Assembly: GCA_022729705.1 (NCBI GenBank)
Contig: DZAX01000011.1
Span: forward strand, 1,063 to 65,062
Source: Helicobacter cetorum
GTDB taxonomy: Bacteria > Campylobacterota > Campylobacteria > Campylobacterales > UBA6016
Direction: 5' to 3'
DNA: 64,000 nucleotides
The number at the start of each line of letters is the position of its first letter. Position 1 is the first letter of the stretch. Shown in pieces: positions 9,251 to 19,439 of the stretch. The notes under the pieces were generated by a model. The model did no database searches. It saw nothing but the letters and a program-made list of their open reading frames with translations, and was not told the origin of the DNA. Position numbers and translations under genes: made by a program.

Positions 9251-10386
9251 GACATTCTTCCCAAAAATTCGGACACAACGCTAAAAGAGCCAAAAACCAA
9301 ATACTCCTCGTCGCTATTTGTTTTTATAAAATCGCTATAAGGAATACTATTTTTTTCAAGAATATTGATGAGAGTCTCTTTTTTAATAATACGTTCGTTT
9401 TCAACATTTAAAATCTCAACTCTTGTTATGCTATTTTTTAGAGCTTGCAATGATAGTTCCGGATTTTTATCATGAAAACAGTTGAATATCAAAACAACCT
9501 TTTTATCATAAAGCTCTCCGGCTATGCGATTTGCGGCTGCGGCGTTATGCCCGACATCCACCACGATATTATGCGCAACTTTCTCAAATCTACCTTTTAT
9601 AACGCTAATAGAATTAAGCTCCACATCACCGACGCCCAAAGCTTTAGCACCCATATACGCCAAGGATAGATTTTCGGCGAGATAGGAGGGTATCCGACGC
9701 CATATTGCAAAATCAAATATTTTTTCTCTATCCTCGGCGCTTAATATTTCATTTAAAAATCGTATAGGCAAATCTACAAACTCATTTTTTATCGTATCAA
9801 TCACTATGGGATCGTTTTGAAAACCAACAATAGTATCACAGTTGGCGGCTTTTAGTTTTGTCTTTGTAATCTCATCTTTTGTCTCTCCAAGCAAGTCTTG
9901 ATGGTCTACATCTATAGAAGTGACAAGTAAAAGCTCTTTTTTAAAAGCGGTTGTAGAGTCTTTTTCTCCGCCGACTCCCGCCTCAAGAACTAAAATATCA
10001 ACGCTTTCTTTAAAAAAAGCATACCCCAAAAGAGTTAATATTTCAAAATAACTTAAAGGCTCAAGAACATCCGCAAATCTTGTTACAAGCGATTGAAAAG
10101 CGACTTCGAGCTCATCCTCCGTGGCGTCCGCTCCGTTTATCCAAAATCTCTCTGTATAAGAAAAGATGTGCGGTGATGTAAAGTGTCCGACTTTAAGACC
10201 GCTACTACGTAAAATCTCCGCCAAAAACCGCCCTGTGCTTCCCTTGCCATTTGTACCGACTATCTGAACCACCCTTGGAAAGTTTGCTTCTTTGCTTAAG
10301 TGCGTTATATAAAAATCTTTAAATCTCTTTTGATCAAACGGAGCATATTCGGCGCCTTTTTTTTGAAGATAAGCTTTTAATGTCAT
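9247..10386 (-). CDS. folC: folylpolyglutamate synthase / dihydrofolate synthase (Mur ligase family)
   Basis: 379 aa. P-loop VGTNGKGST, EAGVGG and TSIDVDHQDLLG match FolC. Confidence 0.85.
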   Translation of the reverse strand: MTLKAYLQKKGAEYAPFDQKRFKDFYITHLSKEANFPRVVQIVGTNGKGSTGRFLAEILRSSGLKVGHFTSPHIFSYTERFWINGADATEDELEVAFQSLVTRFADVLEPLSYFEILTLLGYAFFKESVDILVLEAGVGGEKDSTTAFKKELLLVTSIDVDHQDLLGETKDEITKTKLKAANCDTIVGFQNDPIVIDTIKNEFVDLPIRFLNEILSAEDREKIFDFAIWRRIPSYLAENLSLAYMGAKALGVGDVELNSISVIKGRFEKVAHNIVVDVGHNAAAANRIAGELYDKKVVLIFNCFHDKNPELSLQALKNSITRVEILNVENERIIKKETLINILEKNSIPYSDFIKTNSDEEYLVFGSFSVVSEFLGRMS

Positions 10387-11915
10387 ATAGGATACACCTT
10401 GTTACCACCTATCTCTTTTGCGTTGTGAAGCTCAAAATCTGCGGCTTTTATCAACTCTTTTATGCCGAGGGTATCTTTTCTCTCCGCCAAACCAACGCTT
10501 ACCGTTACGATAATACGATTTTCTTTGTATACAAATCTAGTCGCCTCTATAGCCGCTCTGACCTCTTCGCCATAATTTTTTGCTTCCTTAGCGTCCGTTG
10601 TTGGTAAGATAGCCATAAATATCTCGCCGCCAAAGCGTCCGATTATATCAGTATCACGAAACTTTTTTTTCATAATTTGAGCAAACGATGTAAGAGCCAC
10701 ATCGCCCGCCAAATGTCCGTATAAATCATTAATCTCTTTAAAGTTGTCTATCTCAAAAATAATAACGCTATAGTTGTAATTAGAACTTAAATACAGCTCT
10801 TCTAGCCACTCCATCTCTTCATCTAACGTTTTTCTATTGGCTATTTGCGTCAAAAAGTCCGTTCTTGCCTCAAGCTTTGCATTTTCGAGTTCGCTTTCTA
10901 ATATTTTTACTTCCAATTTTAGCGATTTCATTTGAGAGAGTCCGCTTTTAAGAGTAAGAGCCGCCTGATCCATATCAACGCCCAAAGCGGTTACAAGAGC
11001 GCTTAGTTTTAGCCTAAAGGAGTCAAAGTCACCTTCGTTGCTATCTTCTATGAGTTTTTTGATGGAGTCTACTTTTTGGCTTCCCTGCTCGCTTATCTCC
11101 ATAGATGACGAAAAATCTTTGTAGTATCCATCCAGCATATCGTCTAGCTCAAATATCTTCTCTCTTATCGCTTCATTATCAAGAAAAACTCTTTTAGATA
11201 CCATGCGACCTAATTCACTTTGTGTTTTCTTTTGAAAAAGAGCGGATGGATTACTTTGCAAGCTTTTTTTGAAAAGTTCAAACTCTGCTTCGTCTTGTGA
11301 AAAAGATGGTTTTAGCCCATCTGCAACGGCAAAAACAAGCCCTTCAAGGTTGCGATTGCCTCTATCCAAAAAAGACTCCAACTCTACCGCCAAATCATCA
11401 AGGTAGTGCGATTTGAACGCTATTATAGGTTTAATCAGCTCAAACTCGGTTGGCTTGTAGTTGGCGCCCATAGAGTCCCACTCTCTAGCCAGTCCAAACA
11501 AAAGTTCACTATTTCTTGTGTTTTCAAGCTTATCCAAAGTCGTAGAGGCTAATTTTGCAATCTCTTTGTGACGGAGCTCTTTTACGACTCTCAAAATTTT
11601 TACTATCAATATATATTGAGCGGTTAGATATTCGCTCGCCTCCGTTGGATTTAGTCTGTTGACTTGCGATATAAGAAATTGCACTAGCTCGTTAATATTT
11701 TTTGGAGCGTAGTTTTTGATTAACTTTTGATACCCATCATCGAGCCTTGCTACAAACCTCTCCAGTCTATCGCACTCCTCATGATAAAACCCCTCTTTTT
11801 TCATCTCCCTGCAAAACGCCCTAGAAAACGCCTCGGGAGTGACATCCAAATCTTGCTCTTTTAAAAACCTAATCGCTTTTGCTACTATCTGTTCTGACTT
11901 CATCCAAAGCTCCAA
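10383..11915 (-). CDS. GGDEF-domain protein with non-canonical GGEIF motif
   Basis: 510 aa. Long helical N-terminal region, then a C-terminal GGDEF fold (DNFKEINDLYGHLAGDVAL ... RDTDIIGRFGGEIFMAIL). The GGEIF codons are at comp(10617..10631). The start is uncertain because the ORF overlaps lptE by 47 nt. Confidence 0.75.
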   Translation of the reverse strand: MELWMKSEQIVAKAIRFLKEQDLDVTPEAFSRAFCREMKKEGFYHEECDRLERFVARLDDGYQKLIKNYAPKNINELVQFLISQVNRLNPTEASEYLTAQYILIVKILRVVKELRHKEIAKLASTTLDKLENTRNSELLFGLAREWDSMGANYKPTEFELIKPIIAFKSHYLDDLAVELESFLDRGNRNLEGLVFAVADGLKPSFSQDEAEFELFKKSLQSNPSALFQKKTQSELGRMVSKRVFLDNEAIREKIFELDDMLDGYYKDFSSSMEISEQGSQKVDSIKKLIEDSNEGDFDSFRLKLSALVTALGVDMDQAALTLKSGLSQMKSLKLEVKILESELENAKLEARTDFLTQIANRKTLDEEMEWLEELYLSSNYNYSVIIFEIDNFKEINDLYGHLAGDVALTSFAQIMKKKFRDTDIIGRFGGEIFMAILPTTDAKEAKNYGEEVRAAIEATRFVYKENRIIVTVSVGLAERKDTLGIKELIKAADFELHNAKEIGGNKVYPI

Positions 11916-12402
11916 GTATTGATATTTGAGAGATTAACATATCTATCGCTTTTGCCCCACTATTTTTGATAGCCTCAAATCTTTTGGAGTCTGAAATTGT
12001 ACTGTTTGGCTCAATGGGAAAATCATAGCTTCCGCTTGATACAAAGTTTTTTACACCTTTTTTTGTAAACGCTACGCTATTGAGTGTGACGGTTGCTCTA
12101 TATAGTGTGACATAGCCGTTTTTATCGTATTGTATAGGCGAAAATGCGGCGGCGTCTACTCTAACATTCAGCTTCGTCTCAGCCTTGTCTTCGCTAACAA
12201 TTTTTGATTTAAACTTTGTTATTACCGCTTCGTTTATCGCATCTTTGATAATTACCGTGTTTTCAGGGTCGCTTCTTAGCATTGTTACACTTACAAAAAC
12301 GCCGTCGCCAAAAGTTTGTTTGGCGTAATAGGAGGACGGCTTATATCCGCACCCTCCAAAAAAAAGAGTAGTTACAAAAGCCAAAGCCAAAAACTTTTTC
12401 AC
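11869..12402 (-). CDS. lptE: LPS-assembly lipoprotein LptE
   Basis: 177 aa. Lipobox FFGGC. It lies immediately downstream of leuS, the conserved leuS-lptE arrangement. Confidence 0.65.
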   Translation of the reverse strand: MKKFLALAFVTTLFFGGCGYKPSSYYAKQTFGDGVFVSVTMLRSDPENTVIIKDAINEAVITKFKSKIVSEDKAETKLNVRVDAAAFSPIQYDKNGYVTLYRATVTLNSVAFTKKGVKNFVSSGSYDFPIEPNSTISDSKRFEAIKNSGAKAIDMLISQISILGALDEVRTDSSKSD

Positions 12403-12405
12403 AGG

Positions 12406-14847
12406 CTAGCCTTTTACGACAAAGTTTATAAGTTTATTTGGAACAACAACCTCTTTTATTATCTCGCCGTCAAGCCATTTTGTAGCCTCAACCTTTGCCA
12501 TAGCCAAAATCTCCTCTTTTGAGGCTTCTTTTGGAGCGTTGATTTCGGCTCTTTTTTTGCCGTTAATAGTAATAGCATAAAACACTGTGTCGCTATAAAA
12601 AGCGCTCTCGTCAACCTCTATCTTAGTAAAATTTGAGCATCCAAATAATCTATCGGCTATTTCATGGCAAGCGTGAGGAGCGATTGGCTCAAGCACATTT
12701 GTAAGCACATAATACCCCTCACTCCAAACACTCTCATTGTGTTGAGCGTCAAGCGAATTTAGAGCCTCCATGCAAGCGGCGATAACAGTATTAAACGCAA
12801 ACCCCTCTTCGTAAGCCCCAAGACTCTTTTTTAGAGCTTCGTACACTTTTTTTCTAGCCTCTTTCTCCTGCGGCAAAAGAGTTGAGACGTCAATAGCTGG
12901 TTTTGCGCTTACGCTCTTTAGCGCTTCGCTTTTTTCATAAAAACGTCTTACAAATCTAAAACACCCCTCAACGGCGCTATCGTTCCATTCAAGCTCTTTT
13001 GTCGGCGGGGCGGCAAATAGTATAAATAGCCTAGCTGTATCGGCGCCATATTTTTTGACAAGTTCGTCTGGGTCAACCGTATTGCCTTTTGACTTGCTCA
13101 TTTTGGCGCCGTCTTTTAATACCATGCCTTGAGTTAGCAGATTTTCAAACGGTTCGTCCACGCTTACATATCCAAGGTCTCTTAGAGCTTTTGTAAAAAA
13201 CCTAGAGTAGAGAAGGTGCAGTATAGCGTGCTCAATACCGCCAACATACCTATCCACGGGCATCCAGTAGTTGACGGACTCTTTATCAAACGCCTCTTTT
13301 GCAAAGTTTTGCGGATTTTGAGCGTATCTTAGAAAATACCAGCTAGATTCTGCAAAAGTATCTAGCGTATCTGTTTCACGCCTAGCTTCGCCGCCGCATT
13401 TTGGACATATGCATTTTTTGAAAGCTTCATGCTTTTCAAGCGGATTGCCGCTACCGTCTATCACAACGTCCTCAGGCAACAAAATAGGTAGATTCTCTTT
13501 TTTCTCAGGAACCACGCCGCATTTTTCACAATGAATAAATGGTATAGGCGTACCCCAGTATCTCTGTCTTGATATACCCCAATCTCTTAAACGATAAGTT
13601 TTTACACCCTTACCAATACCAAGCTCTTCAAACTTTTTGATAATAGCAGATTTTGCGTCAACGTTTTGCATACCGTCAAACTCGCCGCTATCAAGCATAA
13701 CGCCCTCTTTTGTATAGGCGCCCTCTATCTCCTCGGGAGCTTTTATGACAGTTTTTAGTCTCAAACCAAATTTACTTGCAAACTCATAATCCCTCTCGTC
13801 ATGCGCCGCGACGCTCATAACCGCTCCACTGCCGTAATCCGCAATAACAAAATTAGCGACCCACAGCGGCAAAATCTCATTTGTCAGAGGATGGACTACT
13901 CTTACACCCGTATCGAAGCCGTCTTTTTCGGCGGCCCCCCTATCTCTTGGGGCAACTCTTTGCATAGTTGAGACTTTGGCACTTTTTTCATCGTCAAGCA
14001 GTGAGTTTTGTTGCATATATCTCACAATCGCATGTTCGGGAGCAAGCGCGCAATATGTCACGCCATACACCGTATCAGCTCTTGTTGTAAACACGGATAA
14101 CTTATCAAAAGAGCCACCTAAAAGCTCTTTTGAAGCCCCGTCAAGCTCAAATGAAAACTCCAACCCCTCGCTCTCTCCAATCCAGTTTTCTTGCATCGTA
14201 AGAACCTGTTTTGGCCAACCCGCTTCAAGGCTCTTAATATCTTCCAAAAGCTCTGAGGCGTAGTTTGTGATAGCTAGATAGTATTGATTCATCTCTCTAA
14301 GCACGACCTCTGTGCCGCATCTCCAACATTTGCCCTCTTCCACCTGCTCATTTGCAAGCACCGTAAGGTCATGCGGACACCAGTTGAGAAGACCGCCTTT
14401 TCGATAGATAAGCCCTTTCTCCCACATATCGATAATAAAACCCTGCTCAAACTTTGTATAATCAGCATCGCAAGTGGCAAAATCTCTTTTTGCGCTAAAA
14501 GACAACCCAAGCCCTTTTAGCTCGCTTCTCATGTAATCTATATTCTCATACGTCCATTTTTTTGGGTGGACTTGGTGTTTTATAGCGGCGTTTTCGGCGG
14601 GCAAACCAAAAGCGTCCCACCCTATTGGATGAAGCACGTTAAAGTCCATCTTGCGGTAGTGTCTAGCAAATGCGTCGCCTATCGTGTAGTTGCGCACATG
14701 CCCCATGTGTATACGTCCGCTAGGGTATGGAAACATTGATAAAATATATTTTTTCGGCTTGCTAGTATCGCTTGATGGCTCAAAAGCGGAGCTTTCCGCC
14801 CACGCTTTTTGCCATTTTTGTTCTATATTTTTAAACTCATAGCCCAT
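12406..14847 (-). CDS. leuS: leucine--tRNA ligase
   Basis: 813 aa. HIGH-type motif ([15 protein letters not shown]), KMSKS motif and a CP1 editing domain. Confidence 0.97.
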   Translation of the reverse strand: MGYEFKNIEQKWQKAWAESSAFEPSSDTSKPKKYILSMFPYPSGRIHMGHVRNYTIGDAFARHYRKMDFNVLHPIGWDAFGLPAENAAIKHQVHPKKWTYENIDYMRSELKGLGLSFSAKRDFATCDADYTKFEQGFIIDMWEKGLIYRKGGLLNWCPHDLTVLANEQVEEGKCWRCGTEVVLREMNQYYLAITNYASELLEDIKSLEAGWPKQVLTMQENWIGESEGLEFSFELDGASKELLGGSFDKLSVFTTRADTVYGVTYCALAPEHAIVRYMQQNSLLDDEKSAKVSTMQRVAPRDRGAAEKDGFDTGVRVVHPLTNEILPLWVANFVIADYGSGAVMSVAAHDERDYEFASKFGLRLKTVIKAPEEIEGAYTKEGVMLDSGEFDGMQNVDAKSAIIKKFEELGIGKGVKTYRLRDWGISRQRYWGTPIPFIHCEKCGVVPEKKENLPILLPEDVVIDGSGNPLEKHEAFKKCICPKCGGEARRETDTLDTFAESSWYFLRYAQNPQNFAKEAFDKESVNYWMPVDRYVGGIEHAILHLLYSRFFTKALRDLGYVSVDEPFENLLTQGMVLKDGAKMSKSKGNTVDPDELVKKYGADTARLFILFAAPPTKELEWNDSAVEGCFRFVRRFYEKSEALKSVSAKPAIDVSTLLPQEKEARKKVYEALKKSLGAYEEGFAFNTVIAACMEALNSLDAQHNESVWSEGYYVLTNVLEPIAPHACHEIADRLFGCSNFTKIEVDESAFYSDTVFYAITINGKKRAEINAPKEASKEEILAMAKVEATKWLDGEIIKEVVVPNKLINFVVKG

Positions 14848-14850
14848 TAT

Positions 14851-15834
14851 CTACATTGTCCCTTTTTCATATTGCGCTCTCATTCTGTCTTTTTCGATTT
14901 TTATCTTAAGTCTCTCAGCCTCTTTTTCTTTTGCCCTAGCTACGTCATAGCCAAACCAAATCAAAAATGGAGAGGCGATAAATATAGAGCTATAAGCCCC
15001 GATAATGGCTCCAATTAACATCGTAAACGCAAATCCATTGATAATCTCTCCGCCAAATAGATAAAGCGTCAAAATAACAAAAAATAGTGTAAGCACGGTT
15101 AAGACTGTTCTTGAGAGAGTCCTTGAAATAGCCTCGTTGATTATCTGAGGAAGGTTATATTTGCCGTTTGTATCCGGTCTTGCTTCTTTGACGTGCTCTC
15201 TTATTCGGTCAAAAATAATAATAGTGTCATTGATAGAGTGCCCCATAAGCGTAAGCAACGCCGCAAGTACGGTCAGATCAAAATCAACCCCCGCAACAGC
15301 GACGCATCCGGCGGTAATCGCAACGTCATGTATAACGCCAAGCAGCGCCGCAAGTCCAAATCTCCACTCAAATCTAAACGCTAGATAAAGCAGTATCCCA
15401 AGAGAGGAGATGAGCATCGCCATCAACCCTTTTTGCCTTAGCTCATCTCCGACTTTTGGACCTATAATCTCAACTCTTCTAACCTCAAACTTTCCGGTTG
15501 GAGCTAGAAGCTTTGATATGGAGTCTCCGGTGTCTTTTACAACGCTTTGATTTGTCGTTTGGAAACGTACAAGTATCTCATTTTCTTTGCCAAACTCTTG
15601 CAGTTCGGCTCCTTTGAATTCACTTGTTTTTAGTATCTCTCTTATTTTCTCTGTGTTTGGCTTCTCATAATATTTTAGTTGCACGACTGTGCCGCCGGCA
15701 AAGTCAACGCCAAGCTTAAAACCGTGAAAAACTAAAAAATAGACGCAAACAGCCATAACTGCGGCGGATATAGAGAAAATAACCTTGTTTTTTCCCATAA
15801 AATCGTATGTTTTGGAGTTGTTAAACAGTTCCAT
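14851..15834 (-). CDS. secF: protein translocase subunit SecF
   Basis: 327 aa, polytopic. Conserved GxxFxGG (VDFAGGT) and HDVAIT segments. Directly follows secD. Confidence 0.95.
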   Translation of the reverse strand: MELFNNSKTYDFMGKNKVIFSISAAVMAVCVYFLVFHGFKLGVDFAGGTVVQLKYYEKPNTEKIREILKTSEFKGAELQEFGKENEILVRFQTTNQSVVKDTGDSISKLLAPTGKFEVRRVEIIGPKVGDELRQKGLMAMLISSLGILLYLAFRFEWRFGLAALLGVIHDVAITAGCVAVAGVDFDLTVLAALLTLMGHSINDTIIIFDRIREHVKEARPDTNGKYNLPQIINEAISRTLSRTVLTVLTLFFVILTLYLFGGEIINGFAFTMLIGAIIGAYSSIFIASPFLIWFGYDVARAKEKEAERLKIKIEKDRMRAQYEKGTM

Positions 15835-17420
15835 TATTTTCCGCCTTTTAGGTAGCTATTTGGCATACCAAACCACAATCTGATATTTCTACTTTTTTCA
15901 ATTTTTGATAAAAACGCGTCAAACAGTCCATGTGTGCCGACAATTGCGGTAAGCATTGAGATAAGTACCCCTACGGCAAAAACAACCGCAAAACCTTTAA
16001 TTGGTCCTGTGCCGTATACATACATGGCAACAGCCGAAATAACGGCTGTGATATTGGAGTCTACAATGGCGCTCATCGCATTATTGTACCCGTCCTCTAT
16101 CGCCTTTTTAATAGGAACCCCTTGTCTTAAAAGTTCCCTTATCCGTTCGTTTATAATGACGTTTGCATCCACCGACATACCGATGGTTAGCACAAGTCCC
16201 GCCATTCCCGGAAGCGTCATAGTGGCGCCAAATATAGCCATAACCGCCACTATCAGTATAATATTGGAGAGAAGCGCAATATTTGCAAACACTCCGGCAA
16301 CCCCATAATAGGCAATCATAAATCCAAATACAAGAGCGCCGCCAGTCACAAACGCCATAAGACTAGCGTGAATACTATCGGCTCCAAGAGAGGGGCCAAC
16401 GCTTCTTTTTTCAAGCAAGACTACACCGGCGGGCAAAGCCCCGCTTCTAAGCGCTATAGCCAAGTCTCTCGCTTCCTCGGGCGTAAAATGCCCCGTTATC
16501 TGCCCACTTCCGCCGCCTATTCTCTCCCTGATGGATGGTGCCGAATACACTTTACCGTCAAGCACAACCGCAAGTCTTTTACCGACGCTTTTTGCCGTAA
16601 AGTCACCAAAAATGGAGCCGCCTTGCGAGCTTAGTTTAAACTCTATAGATGGTTGTCCGTTTTTGTCATATCCTACACTTGCGTCTGTTAGCATTGTACC
16701 ATCAAGAACGGGAACATCTTTGACGACATATTTTTCTTGCGGATTTTTGTAGTCTTGCAAAACTCGCAAACCGCTCTCTTTTAGCTCCGATTCACCCATA
16801 TTAAAAGCGTCTGCCCTACCCTCGCTTACCTCCATAAGCTCTAGCTTCGCCGTCTTTGCGATAAGCTCTCTAGCTCTTTGCTCCTCGGCTTGGCTCTTTA
16901 CGCCGGGAAGTTCAACCACTATATTTTCTCTTCCAGACTTAGTAACGCTTGGCTCCGATAGTCCAAATAGGTCAAGCCTATTTCGAATAGTCTCCACCGC
17001 TTGCGATACGGCAAACTCTTTTGTCTTAGCTACTTCTTGCGGCGTTAGCGAAACTTCTATTTTATCGCCGTTTTTTTGCGTTTGCAACCCGCCGTCTTGT
17101 TTTAGATAGTCGTCAATTTTTGTTTTCGCCTCTTTATCTATTAAGACAAAACTGAACTTTGTCGGCTCTATCTTAAGAGAGTCTATAGGCAGGTCATTTT
17201 TTTCGGCGTGATATTTAAATCCAAGCGCTGAAGATTTTATCTTCGCCTCGACCGCCTCTTCGGTTTTGACGCCTAGCGAGGTATAGAGACCGCCTTGCAA
17301 GTCAAGACCGAGCTTGACCTTTGCAAAAAAATCAGCTCCGGTAATAGATGGGATACAAAGTAAGACGCCTATCGTTGTTGTGACGATAAATATCCATAGC
17401 CTGATATTTGATTTTTTCAT
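15834..17420 (-). CDS. secD: protein translocase subunit SecD
   Basis: 528 aa. LGLDLQGG, a periplasmic P1 domain and C-terminal TM bundle (SVDANVIINERIRE). Gene order yajC-secD-secF. Confidence 0.95.
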   Translation of the reverse strand: MKKSNIRLWIFIVTTTIGVLLCIPSITGADFFAKVKLGLDLQGGLYTSLGVKTEEAVEAKIKSSALGFKYHAEKNDLPIDSLKIEPTKFSFVLIDKEAKTKIDDYLKQDGGLQTQKNGDKIEVSLTPQEVAKTKEFAVSQAVETIRNRLDLFGLSEPSVTKSGRENIVVELPGVKSQAEEQRARELIAKTAKLELMEVSEGRADAFNMGESELKESGLRVLQDYKNPQEKYVVKDVPVLDGTMLTDASVGYDKNGQPSIEFKLSSQGGSIFGDFTAKSVGKRLAVVLDGKVYSAPSIRERIGGGSGQITGHFTPEEARDLAIALRSGALPAGVVLLEKRSVGPSLGADSIHASLMAFVTGGALVFGFMIAYYGVAGVFANIALLSNIILIVAVMAIFGATMTLPGMAGLVLTIGMSVDANVIINERIRELLRQGVPIKKAIEDGYNNAMSAIVDSNITAVISAVAMYVYGTGPIKGFAVVFAVGVLISMLTAIVGTHGLFDAFLSKIEKSRNIRLWFGMPNSYLKGGK

Positions 17421-17695
17421 TATGCGGCTGTAGTGGCTTCGATTTTTTTAATTACAAAATCTTTTGATAGTTTTACAATAGCGCCCTCATCGTTTATTTT
17501 AACTTTGATAAAATCTTCCTCAGACTTAACAACTTCAGCGTAAATACCGCCGGCTGTTATTATCTTGTCTCCCTTTTGTAAAGCTCCGACCATCTCTTTG
17601 TGTTTTTTTGCTTGAACCTGTTGTGGTCTGATAACAAGCACATATACGATTGCGAATAACACTACTAAAGGCAGAATTTGAACTACAGCTTCCAT
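17420..17695 (-). CDS. yajC: preprotein translocase subunit YajC
   Basis: 91 aa. One N-terminal TM, then IRPQQVQAKKHKEMVGALQKGDKIITAGGI, typical of YajC. Confidence 0.9.
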   Translation of the reverse strand: MEAVVQILPLVVLFAIVYVLVIRPQQVQAKKHKEMVGALQKGDKIITAGGIYAEVVKSEEDFIKVKINDEGAIVKLSKDFVIKKIEATTAA

Positions 17696-18958
17696 TTGAC
17701 AAAACCCTTTAAAGAAAAAATTAAAAATACGACGATTTGGTTTGATTTTAACAAAAGCGTCATTATAAAAGGCTTTTTAGCCGCTTGTGCGCTTTTTAGC
17801 CCGATAGTTTTTACAGCCCTTGGCGTAGAGTCTAAGTTTTTTTTCACGGTTTTAGCACCGTTTGCGTTTGCGCCGTTTTTTCTCTTTACGCGCAAAGAGC
17901 TTTTTTGGTTTGGAGCATTTAGCGGCGTTTTATGGTTTTATTGGATTGGGTTTTCACTTCAGTATTACAATCTTATATGGCTGCTCCCATTTCTTATTTT
18001 TGCTCTATTTTTTTATTATGGAGCTCTATTTTGGATTATAGGTTTTTTTTCAGGTAAGCTTTTCTGGCTTCGCATTGGGGTAATAGCTTTTATCTTTGAT
18101 TTACTGGCTCCGCTTGGATTTGACTGGCTGCGTCCCGAAATGTTATATGTCGACTCATATTTTGGAGCTTCAAAGCTTGATATGCTTCTCTTTTTGTGCG
18201 CTATTGCGATAATAGTGGAATCACGAAAATGGTTTAAGTCGTTAAGTCTTCTGTTTTTTATCTTTGCGTTAACGCTTCAAGTAGACTCCAAAAAGAGTCT
18301 GCCAAATCTAAAAATAGAGCTTGTAAAGACTAATATAGACCAAAATGATAAGTGGAATGACGCATTTAAGCTCAAAATCACAAAAGATAACCTATCATAT
18401 ATTGATAACGCAGTTAAAAACAACGCAGATTTGGTAGTATTGCCGGAGACGGCGTTTCCATATTTTCTAAACGAATCACCGGAGATTATAGAGCTTTTAA
18501 AAGAGCGAAGTTTTTACATCCCCATCCTAACCGGCTCTCTTAAACTACACAATAATATGATATACAACTCCTCTTACTTTTTCAAAAACGGGGAGATGCA
18601 AATTTTTGATAAAGTTGTAGCCGTTCCTTTTGGGGAGGTAAATCCGCTTCCAAAGTTTATGTCAAAAATAGTAAACGACCTATTTTTTGACGGCGCCGAG
18701 GATTACAAAACAGCTGACAAGCCAAGCGACTTTGACGTAAAAGGGACGCTTTTCAGGAATGCTATTTGCTATGAAGCAACAAATGAGACGATATATGCGG
18801 ATAGACCAAAAATTGTGATCGCAACATCCAATAATGCTTGGTTTATGCCGTCATTGGAACCTGTTATACAGAAAATGTTAATGGCTCATATTTCCAAAAA
18901 ATTTGACGTTGTTATATTCCATACCGCAAACAAAAGTGCGTCATTTATCTTGCATTAA
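17678..18958 (+). CDS. lnt: apolipoprotein N-acyltransferase
   Basis: 426 aa. Multi-TM N-terminus and a C-terminal CN-hydrolase domain (VVLPETAFP, NAICYE). The start is uncertain. The TTG at 17678 overlaps the yajC start; a second in-frame TTG at 17696 abuts it. Confidence 0.75.
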   Translation: MNYSFHLTKPFKEKIKNTTIWFDFNKSVIIKGFLAACALFSPIVFTALGVESKFFFTVLAPFAFAPFFLFTRKELFWFGAFSGVLWFYWIGFSLQYYNLIWLLPFLIFALFFYYGALFWIIGFFSGKLFWLRIGVIAFIFDLLAPLGFDWLRPEMLYVDSYFGASKLDMLLFLCAIAIIVESRKWFKSLSLLFFIFALTLQVDSKKSLPNLKIELVKTNIDQNDKWNDAFKLKITKDNLSYIDNAVKNNADLVVLPETAFPYFLNESPEIIELLKERSFYIPILTGSLKLHNNMIYNSSYFFKNGEMQIFDKVVAVPFGEVNPLPKFMSKIVNDLFFDGAEDYKTADKPSDFDVKGTLFRNAICYEATNETIYADRPKIVIATSNNAWFMPSLEPVIQKMLMAHISKKFDVVIFHTANKSASFILH

Positions 18959-19034
18959 GCTTTTCTTTATTTTTTTTACAGTTTACTACGTGCGAAAATT
19001 ATTTTTCATTACGCGTTTATTTAAGGTTTGATTA

Positions 19035-19421
19035 GTGGAAAAAGAATTTACGCTCTCAGAGGGAGCATTTTTGGTGTCGGAGACCGATGAAAAAGGCGTT
19101 ATCACATTTGCAAACGACGATTTTTGCGCAATATCGGGCTTTTTTAGAGAAGAGTTGGTCGGCAAGCCTCACAATATAGTTAGGCACAGAGATATGCCGC
19201 GCGCCGCTTTTAAAGATTTGTGGCAGACTGTGCAAGGCGGCAAAATATGGACTGGATTTGTAAAAAATTTAACCAAAGGCGGCGACGGCTTTTATTGGGT
19301 TTACGCTACCGTATACCCAACGCTTAATTGTCAAAACAAAAAAGCTTATATGTCCTGTAGAAGAATGGCGACAAGAGACGAGATAAAAAAAGCCGAAGAG
19401 CTTTATAAAACACTAAACTAA
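19035..19421 (+). CDS. Aer/CetB-type PAS-domain protein
   Basis: 128 aa. FANDDFCAISGF...GKPHNIVRHRDMPRAAFKDLWQTVQGGKIWTGFVKNLTKGGDGFYWVYATVYP matches the Aer/CetB FAD-type PAS consensus. GTG start. Confidence 0.8.
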   Translation: MEKEFTLSEGAFLVSETDEKGVITFANDDFCAISGFFREELVGKPHNIVRHRDMPRAAFKDLWQTVQGGKIWTGFVKNLTKGGDGFYWVYATVYPTLNCQNKKAYMSCRRMATRDEIKKAEELYKTLN

Positions 19422-19439
19422 ACATAAGGAACGGCAATA

